Assembly: GCA_001777665.1 (NCBI GenBank)
Contig: MFEQ01000006.1
Span: 24,309-88,308 of the forward strand
Direction of reading: 5' to 3'
Length of the DNA: 64,000 bases
DNA from: Candidatus Doudnabacteria bacterium RIFCSPHIGHO2_02_FULL_42_25
GTDB lineage: Bacteria > Patescibacteriota > Doudnabacteria > UBA920 > O2-02-FULL-48-8
The position numbers and the translations under genes are program-made. How positions within the stretch are numbered: position 1 is the first letter of the stretch; each line of letters opens with the position of its first letter. The notes beneath the pieces were generated by a model. The model saw only the letters and a list, made by a program, of their open reading frames with translations. It searched no databases and was not told the origin of the DNA. Below, piece by piece: positions 57,546-64,000 of the stretch.

Positions 57546-57556
57546 TTATAGCAAAT

Positions 57557-58675
57557 TTAAAAAATATTGCTAAATAATCGCTTAAAGCCTTCGCTGTATC
57601 TCGTTACATCTTTCACTGTCACGAAAATCATTAACAAAATAAGCAAGGCAAAGCCAGCAGCATTGGCATACTGCTCGGCTTTGATGTTCAATTTCTTTCT
57701 TCGAATTTTTTCAATTGCTAGAAATAGAATCCGTCCACCATCCAGCGCTGGAAATGGCATGGCGTTTAAAATAGCCAGATTAATCGATAGCACTGCTGTG
57801 AATTGCAGTAAATAAATTATTCCAAGCTGTGTCACATCCCTGGTTAATACTGCTATACCCACTGGACCTGAAAGTGCGGCCCCGACATTTTGTCCTTGAA
57901 ACAAGCCCGCTATTAAAGCTCCGAATGCAGAAAGCGTTAGCCACAAAATATTAACTGTGGCTTCGAATCCTTTGATCGGGGCCATATACCAAGGATAAGA
58001 AACAAATCCTACACTACCTAGAGCAACTCCTAATGGCCCTTGGCCTTCCGGTGGATTTGCTCTCGGAATAATAGTTTTTTCGACAAAGTCATCGCCGTGC
58101 TTGATGGTATAAATCGTTGGCTGACCACCCTTTATTTGAGTTATTTCTCTCGCATGATCGATTGAGGCCACATCCTGTCCATCGATACGAGTAATAAAAT
58201 CTCCGACCTTAACTCCAGCTTGAGCAGCTGGGCTATCTGGAGCTACTTCCAGGATTCCCACCCGTACATCTCGCAGTTTTGCATATGATGGCAACTCTTC
58301 TCCGTCCGCTAAAACGGTTGGTAGTCCCAGTCCCATCCCGATTGAAATCAAAACCCAGGCAAAAATCACATTCATCGTCACCCCCGCTACAAGTACCGCG
58401 AATCGCTGCCAGCCAGTTTTATTCCCAAAGCTCTTCGGATCTTGAGTATCTGATCCATCTTCACCAACGATTTTGACAAAGCCCCCAAGAGGTATCGCAT
58501 TCACGCTATAAACCGTGTCACCTTTCTTGATTCCAAAAATTCGAGGTGGGAACCCAAATCCAAATTCATCCACTTTCATCCCCGCCCGTTTGGCCATGAC
58601 AAAGTGCCCTAGTTCGTGCACGAACACCAGGAGACCCAGAACTATAATAAAAACTATTATCGTAAGTAAAATCAT
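57557..58675 (-). CDS. rseP: RIP metalloprotease RseP (M50, PDZ)
   Basis: HELGH, PLGGFV, PDSPA, NAMPFPALDGG. Confidence 0.93.
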   Translation of the reverse strand: MILLTIIVFIIVLGLLVFVHELGHFVMAKRAGMKVDEFGFGFPPRIFGIKKGDTVYSVNAIPLGGFVKIVGEDGSDTQDPKSFGNKTGWQRFAVLVAGVTMNVIFAWVLISIGMGLGLPTVLADGEELPSYAKLRDVRVGILEVAPDSPAAQAGVKVGDFITRIDGQDVASIDHAREITQIKGGQPTIYTIKHGDDFVEKTIIPRANPPEGQGPLGVALGSVGFVSYPWYMAPIKGFEATVNILWLTLSAFGALIAGLFQGQNVGAALSGPVGIAVLTRDVTQLGIIYLLQFTAVLSINLAILNAMPFPALDGGRILFLAIEKIRRKKLNIKAEQYANAAGFALLILLMIFVTVKDVTRYSEGFKRLFSNIF

Positions 58676-59007
58676 AAAACTATCATAGCAGAAATTAAAC
58701 CCAAAACTCCAATAAAGATTATCCAAAAGAAGGTTAAAATAATCCTCCAAGGATTAACTTTGGACCCTGAAATATCAGCTGCTTTCACCCTTTCCTTTAA
58801 AAAAATAAATGCTGTTATAAATAAAGATAAGAAAGATAAAACAACAGTAACAATAAAAATAGCGAAACTTATAAATTGAAGATTGCAATTATTATCTGGC
58901 GTTGTGAATAAAATATCACAGCTCGTATTGGCGGCAACAATTAAAGAAATAATGGCAATTGGTATACAAAAACTTAAGATACCGACCAAAATTTTCCTTG
59001 TTATCAT
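58672..59007 (-). CDS. Hypothetical membrane protein
   Basis: Three TMs, ATGA overlaps with frr and rseP. Confidence 0.6.
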   Translation of the reverse strand: MITRKILVGILSFCIPIAIISLIVAANTSCDILFTTPDNNCNLQFISFAIFIVTVVLSFLSLFITAFIFLKERVKAADISGSKVNPWRIILTFFWIIFIGVLGLISAMIVL

Positions 59008-59564
59008 ATCGTCATTACTTCTTTTTCTTTAGCTTCGGCGATTTGCTTGATCTGTTCATTAAACCCATCTATTACTTTCTGCATCTCATCCTTCCCTGCT
59101 CTCAAATCATCTTCGGAAATTTTCCCATCTTTTTCCATTTTCTGAATTTCTTTCCAAATTTCTTCTCTGACGTTGCGGATGGCTACTCGAGACTTCTCGG
59201 CCATCTGGGCGACTACTTTTACCAACTCTTTTCTTCGTTCTTCGGTCATCTGCGGAATAATTAGTCGAATATAGTTCCCATCGTTTACCGGATTGATGCC
59301 GAGGTTAGAAGCCTGGATGGCTTTCTCTATATCCTTCAAAGCATTTTTATCATAAGGCTGGATAGCGATTTGTCTCGGTTCAGGCACAGAAATTTGCGCA
59401 ATGGTTAGCAACTGTGTCGGTGCACCATAATAATCAACAGTAATATTTTCAACTAATCCACCATTGGCTCGGCCAGTACGCAGGGTGGCGAGTTCAGATT
59501 GGAGATGCTGAACAATTTTTTCAAACTCAACTTGTTTTTTATCTAATACTGGTAACATCGTCAT
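59004..59564 (-). CDS. frr: Ribosome recycling factor
   Basis: LRTGRA, VDYYG, TEERRKELVK, AIRNVR. Confidence 0.95.
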   Translation of the reverse strand: MTMLPVLDKKQVEFEKIVQHLQSELATLRTGRANGGLVENITVDYYGAPTQLLTIAQISVPEPRQIAIQPYDKNALKDIEKAIQASNLGINPVNDGNYIRLIIPQMTEERRKELVKVVAQMAEKSRVAIRNVREEIWKEIQKMEKDGKISEDDLRAGKDEMQKVIDGFNEQIKQIAEAKEKEVMTI

Positions 59565-59565
59565 A

Positions 59566-60609
59566 CTACCTTAATCCTATATAAATAATATTTGAACTAC
59601 TGGGGTTAATTAGTATACTATCGATTATCGAAGATGTCGGCAAGACCTTCGTCTCCCAAGTTAACCCGCCATTTACTGATTTGTAAATTGTAGATGCCAC
59701 ACTAGCGTATACTGCATTGGAATTATTTGGCTCTACAGTGATGGAGGAAACACTAAGCGCACCATTACGTACTGGAAGGGATAAAAACGACCAATTCGAA
59801 GCAGAGTCCACGGTTCGATACAAACCTTCTTCAGTACCGAGATAGACGACTCCGGCTTGCTTCGGATCTATTGCCAAATCATTAAAGGCACTCACAGAAG
59901 GAAGTGCATTGTTGGAGCTAAACAAATTGTCTTCAGTAAGGACTGACGATACTTCAATCCAAGACAATCCGGCATCAGGACTTTTGTACAATCCAGCTTG
60001 CACGGCCAAAGCATACGCGATATTCGAGGAATCGAATTCGATATCGACTACGCGATTAGTTAAATCTTTTACTGTTTGCCAGGTCCGGCCCGCATCAGTG
60101 GAACGGATGATCTCACCATTATTTAAACCAGCCAAAATTGTCGAAGAATTATTGCGAGCGAGAGTAATCGATAAAACTGTGTTGCTATCTGACGGTTCAG
60201 AATAAATATCCACCCAGGACGTTCCGCCGTCCACGCTTTTGATAATTTTCCCACTTTTACCGACGATTCCCGAAGCATAAACCGTGCTCCCATTGGCTGG
60301 GTCCAGAACCAGGTCCCCTACAGAAATTCCAGATAAAATATACTTCCAAGATTTCGCCCCATCTTCAGATTTATACATCCCTGCTCCAGCCGCTGCATAA
60401 ACTATTTCGGAATTATTCGGATCAAAAGCCAAAGCTGTAATCGGTAAACTATTTATATCTCCTTTGGGCAACAAAGCATTGCTAGCCGAATATGTCTGGC
60501 CTCCGTCCTCGGATTTGAATACACCACGAGTCCCACCACCCAAATCAAAAACATTGCAGCTGGCTGCAGTCAGTGAAAGCCCTAAAATTAAGATGAAAAA
60601 TCTTTGCAT
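59566..60609 (-). CDS. BNR/YCF48-like beta-propeller lipoprotein
   Basis: AASC lipobox; repeated SxDGGxTW. Confidence 0.8.
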   Translation of the reverse strand: MQRFFILILGLSLTAASCNVFDLGGGTRGVFKSEDGGQTYSASNALLPKGDINSLPITALAFDPNNSEIVYAAAGAGMYKSEDGAKSWKYILSGISVGDLVLDPANGSTVYASGIVGKSGKIIKSVDGGTSWVDIYSEPSDSNTVLSITLARNNSSTILAGLNNGEIIRSTDAGRTWQTVKDLTNRVVDIEFDSSNIAYALAVQAGLYKSPDAGLSWIEVSSVLTEDNLFSSNNALPSVSAFNDLAIDPKQAGVVYLGTEEGLYRTVDSASNWSFLSLPVRNGALSVSSITVEPNNSNAVYASVASTIYKSVNGGLTWETKVLPTSSIIDSILINPSSSNIIYIGLR

Positions 60610-60615
60610 ACTTTC

Positions 60616-60660
60616 GCAGTTGTTCCTCCCCTTAATATAAGGGGAGGTTAGGAGGGGTTA
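60616..60660. repeat. 45-bp REP-like element (inverted copy of 21040-21084)
   Basis: Exact reverse complement. Confidence 0.9.
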
Positions 60661-60683
60661 TTCATAAGGATTAGGCTGCTGTT

Positions 60684-61451
60684 TCAAGTCTTAAGCATTA
60701 AATTAGTCAAAAGCAACTTCGAATTGACGTTCTGGTCCAAAAATTTTCGAGCCAACATTACTTGGCTAACTTTTTTCGCCAAAGCTTTAGAGGCTTGGGT
60801 CTGCAAATTCTGTTGTAATTGATTTAGCCATAAATCAAAAATCTTTTTTATTTCCTCTGTTTCAAAACCAGCCATATCATAAGCAGAAATCAACCGATCC
60901 ACTTTTGAATTACTCATAAAAATTTTATAGAGACGATCTGCTTCGAGAGTTTCATCAGTAACTTCGGGTATTCTTTCAATCGGGCCAAATGTAATTTTCT
61001 GACAACGAGACAAAATAGTCTTTGGCAACTTATTCGGATTGCTTGTGATCAAGAATAAAAAAGTATAACTTTTGGGTTCTTCGAGAACTTTCAAAAGCGC
61101 GTTCGCCGCTTCAGTGGTCATCTGGTCAGCATGATCGATCAGTGCCACTTTGTGTTTGGCTTGGTAAGGCTTCAGTGACAATTTGTACGCCAACTCTCGA
61201 ATTTGTTCAATTTTTATTCCTTCAGCGCCATTTATCTCTAATAGATCTGGATGGAAATAGTCGGGCGAAAGTTTGGGTAGATCGCTGAATGAAGATGCCT
61301 CGATTAACTCCAGGGCTAATTTTTTCGCGACAGTTTTTTTCCCTACACCTTCAGGTCCAGCAAACACATAAGCATGAGCTAGTTTGCCATTCCGTAGAGC
61401 TTTTTCCAGTAATTCTAATTGTCTTTTGTGTCCTGAAATTGATTCAAACAT
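60684..61451 (-). CDS. holB: DNA polymerase III subunit delta-prime
   Basis: HAYVFAGPEGVGK, HPD, AANALLKVLEEP, TILSRC. Confidence 0.9.
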   Translation of the reverse strand: MFESISGHKRQLELLEKALRNGKLAHAYVFAGPEGVGKKTVAKKLALELIEASSFSDLPKLSPDYFHPDLLEINGAEGIKIEQIRELAYKLSLKPYQAKHKVALIDHADQMTTEAANALLKVLEEPKSYTFLFLITSNPNKLPKTILSRCQKITFGPIERIPEVTDETLEADRLYKIFMSNSKVDRLISAYDMAGFETEEIKKIFDLWLNQLQQNLQTQASKALAKKVSQVMLARKFLDQNVNSKLLLTNLMLKT

Positions 61452-61650
61452 GGATTAATTATACCATTTCACCCCAGTATTGACAAAAACACCCAAAAAA
61501 CAGTATACTTATACGTTGCACATTTCGTGCACAAGGAGGATAAGATGCAACCTTTACGTAGTTAGATTTTGAACTCACTGCAGAAGAGTGCTTATAACTT
61601 CAGATAATCCTGTCTGATCCACTCTTCTGCTAACAGCAGAGGAGAGGGTC

Positions 61651-62265
61651 ATGATCAGGAACATCGCAGACGCGTCAGAACAGTACCACAACGCCGTCAA
61701 CGCCTGCCGCGAGGTCTTCGCGGCGGCCGAGCGCGAATTCGTAGAGCCGAAGGGCGTGAAAGCCCACATCGAGGAAGCGCGGCGGCTCTACGCGGAACTG
61801 GGTGACGAGGCGTCAGCCGTGAAAGAGGTGGACAATGCAAGGCAGTGGCTGATCGGGATCGCCGGGAAGTTCTTGCGCGGTGCGGTCGAGTTCTTCGGCG
61901 ACCGCATCTACGAGCTCTCCTACATGTCGCTCGACCGCGACATCGTCGAGAACATGCAGGCTAGGTTGCGCGAGTACGAGGAAGCAGTGCGCGTCGGCGA
62001 AGCCAGCAGCTTCGAGGTACGACTCACCGCATACAAAAAACTCGCGACCGTGGTCAACGGCGCGCGCACGGAGCAGCAGCGGCGCATCGAGCACCGCGAG
62101 AAGCTGGCGCAGGAACGCGCTGAACGGGAGCAACACGAACGTCGGCGGCGTCGGGAGGAAGAAGCCGAGGCCGATCGCGTTCGAGCGAAGCAGCAACAGG
62201 AGGCTGCTGAGGCTGCGGCGCGCGAGGAACGCGCGAAGCAGTTCGACGAGCTCTTCGGAGCTTAG
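61651..62265 (+). CDS. Hypothetical helical/coiled-coil protein (very GC-rich ORFan, cassette 5)
   Basis: TTGACA(61480)-18-TATACT, GGAG SD, terminator 62275-62307. Confidence 0.72.
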   Translation: MIRNIADASEQYHNAVNACREVFAAAEREFVEPKGVKAHIEEARRLYAELGDEASAVKEVDNARQWLIGIAGKFLRGAVEFFGDRIYELSYMSLDRDIVENMQARLREYEEAVRVGEASSFEVRLTAYKKLATVVNGARTEQQRRIEHREKLAQERAEREQHERRRRREEEAEADRVRAKQQQEAAEAAAREERAKQFDELFGA

Positions 62266-62525
62266 GGGGTCCCTAGGGGTGTGGCACACAGGTGCCCGCC
62301 CCTTTTTCATTTCCAGGTTAGGGTTGACAGTGGCCTCAAAATCTTATATACTGTTAAGCTTTAAACGGAGAAAGTTTCGTTAGCCCTGTCTGCTAAGCGA
62401 AACGGGAAAAGCAACTCAAAAAGAGCGAACGCAAGATCATATCAAACAAGTAACTCTAATTGAATGCAGCTTCGCGGCAACTTCGCCGCAAGTTTACCCG
62501 TCCGCTCGCGGACAGGAGGTCAACC

Positions 62526-62888
62526 ATGCCTGACCCACAGGACATGGACCCCACGGTCGCTCAGTTCGCTGAGGACCTGAAGTACACCCAGTGCCACGCT
62601 GAGGTTCACTACCTCAGTGTGGATGGGACGCCCCGGATGCTACGGTTCCACCCGTGGACATCCGTACTTGTCGAAGTCTCTGAGGACTGCCTAAAGGTGG
62701 TCGAGAGATTCGATAAGCGCCCCGGGGAAACCTGGAGCGAGAAGACGACGGTGATCGAGCTGAATAAGCTCTTGATCGCCAAACTCTTCGACTGCGAGGG
62801 ATGTGAACGATGCGACGACAAAGGGTCGGGCGCATTGTGGACATTCTTGCAGGGGCAACGTTCTAGGAGTACTTGGGGGTACTGTTAG
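62526..62888 (+). CDS. Hypothetical Cys-containing protein (GC-rich ORFan, cassette 6)
   Basis: TTGACA(62324)-17-TATACT, AGGAGG at 62514, terminator 62896-62932. Confidence 0.7.
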   Translation: MPDPQDMDPTVAQFAEDLKYTQCHAEVHYLSVDGTPRMLRFHPWTSVLVEVSEDCLKVVERFDKRPGETWSEKTTVIELNKLLIAKLFDCEGCERCDDKGSGALWTFLQGQRSRSTWGYC

Positions 62889-62959
62889 AATAAACACCCG
62901 GGCGACACGCAGTGTCCCCGGGTTTTTCTTTTCCCCAATTCCTTACACATACCAACCTT

Positions 62960-62993
62960 TTTACCTAGTTGGCCATATGGGCATTTAGGTAAA
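62960..62993. repeat. Degenerate CCCATATGGG-family palindrome at the 3' end of PaaX-like gene 2
   Basis: tttacctagttggccat|atgggcatttaggtaaa. Confidence 0.85.
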
Positions 62994-62994
62994 G

Positions 62995-63540
62995 TCAGCC
63001 AAGTTTAAATCTTTTTATTAAATCGGCTTTTATATCTATTTCTTCAGCAGTTATTAATCGTACAAAAGGCCTTATCTCATAGATCTCTTTTAAAAAATCA
63101 ACTTCATCCTCACAAGGATAAGGACATGCCCAAAGACTTTTCTGGACGAGCTCAAAACCAATCTCCCCCAACTTCCTAGTAAACTCTTTTCGGTTATTAT
63201 TAAATTCGACTGGTATATCGTACGTTACTAATCGCCATTTTCTATCCCATTTTTTCTGTGGTTTAATTTTCATATCGTCAATTTTAAATTTCAACCATTT
63301 CTCCTTCCCTTTTTTCGTTAATTTAATAACGGTTTTATCTCCTTCCTGACCTATACTGACCATCCTTGAATTTTCTAAACCCTTAAAAGATCGATCTATT
63401 TGAGTCTTGCTATATTTCTTATATAAATCATACTGACGAAAAATTTCTGCCATACCTGGTGCCACTATGACCACTGCTAAAATCCCGACCTTGGACAGGA
63501 CGTATAAAATATCTTTAGCAATTTCCGAGCGTTTAGCCAT
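62995..63540 (-). CDS. PaaX-like protein: winged HTH plus Cas2-like domain (copy 2)
   Basis: IKLTKKG wing; KWDRKWRLVTYDIP, GFELVQKSLWACPYPC. Confidence 0.85.
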   Translation of the reverse strand: MAKRSEIAKDILYVLSKVGILAVVIVAPGMAEIFRQYDLYKKYSKTQIDRSFKGLENSRMVSIGQEGDKTVIKLTKKGKEKWLKFKIDDMKIKPQKKWDRKWRLVTYDIPVEFNNNRKEFTRKLGEIGFELVQKSLWACPYPCEDEVDFLKEIYEIRPFVRLITAEEIDIKADLIKRFKLG

Positions 63541-63553
63541 ACACAAATTCTAT

Positions 63554-63581
63554 ACCTAGTTGCCCATATGGGCAACTAGGT
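63554..63581. promoter_or_regulatory. 28-bp perfect CCCATATGGG palindrome next to the -10 box of PaaX-like gene 2
   Basis: Minus strand: palindrome-a-TAGAAT-ttgtgt-ATG. Confidence 0.85.
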
Positions 63582-64000
63582 TACGGGTGTACCCAGTTGT
63601 TCACTTATTAAAAAGACTTGTTCTTAAACAAAAAACAGTGGATTTTTTTAATCGATCCTGCAACTACTTTGCGAAGTGTCGATTACAATCCACTGTTTTT
63701 TATCTCTTGAGATTTTCTAAACGTTTAATAGGCTTAACCTCAAGTAGTCTACAAAGAGTAAATATTCGCGTCAATCCGCCAGCTGGCGGATCAAAAAAAC
63801 AGTGTAACTAAAAGGGTTTTCTTTCGATGTGTGCAGAACTTGTGTGTAACACGTGAGTAATCTGTGATGAAGCAAACTCCGACGCTCCGGTCCGGAGTTG
63901 CTACCGCAACAAAAAAACCACCGTTAGGAGGTTTTTTTGATAAAGACCGGTGTGCTGCGATGAAACTTGGATTGCACTTACGAACTCCCCAAGCCTAGGA

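Noticed and set aside
61813-62383. Long alternative ORFs overlapping GC-rich ORFans (also 12309-12788, 27871-28245, 55881-56192)
   Set aside because: Shadow frames expected in GC-rich DNA; they lack the SD, promoter and terminator support of the chosen frames.
11910-62932. Integron cassettes or prophage as the source of the GC-rich ORFans
   Set aside because: No integrase, no attC-type GTTRRRY-bounded sites recognised and no phage hallmark genes; the units are dispersed and carry their own promoters.
56966-63540. CRISPR-Cas locus suggested by two Cas2-like domains
   Set aside because: No repeat-spacer array and no cas1 or effector genes; both proteins carry an N-terminal wHTH as in PaaX.
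63946-64000. Possible rRNA, tmRNA or RNase P RNA 3' end
   Set aside because: No diagnostic motif recognised in the 55 bp available.

Overview
AT-rich, gene-dense bacterial chromosome segment. It is most consistent with a Patescibacteria/CPR genome (inference from DUF4012, a solo VirB4-like ATPase, PaaX/Cas2-like genes, an archaeal-type UMP kinase and many leaderless-looking starts). Housekeeping content: cell wall/division (ftsW, murD, mraY, D,D-carboxypeptidase, ftsQ-like, ddl, alr, mreBCD, mrdA), replication/repair (dnaX, holB, dnaB, recR, AlkD-like), translation (cysS, serS, lysS, proS, rplU, frr, tRNA-Gln), glycosyltransferases, metK, greA, rseP. Five non-housekeeping patterns stand out. 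(1) Two wHTH+Cas2-like (PaaX-type) genes and one TrpR-like gene are each bracketed by their own 28-34 bp palindrome family, and each family has remote copies. (2) Several GC-rich ORFan cassettes (TTGACA promoter, AGGAGG, ORF, terminator) lie antisense between housekeeping operons and are followed by those palindromes. (3) Long CCC...GGG hairpin elements end exactly at the start codon of ftsW, mreD, greA and an mraY leader ORF. (4) A three-copy branched structured element shows covariation. (5) Palindromes are inserted in frame in MurD, DnaX, LysS and a glycosyltransferase. No CRISPR array, integrase or transposase was seen. All family assignments are from motif recognition by eye, without database searches.
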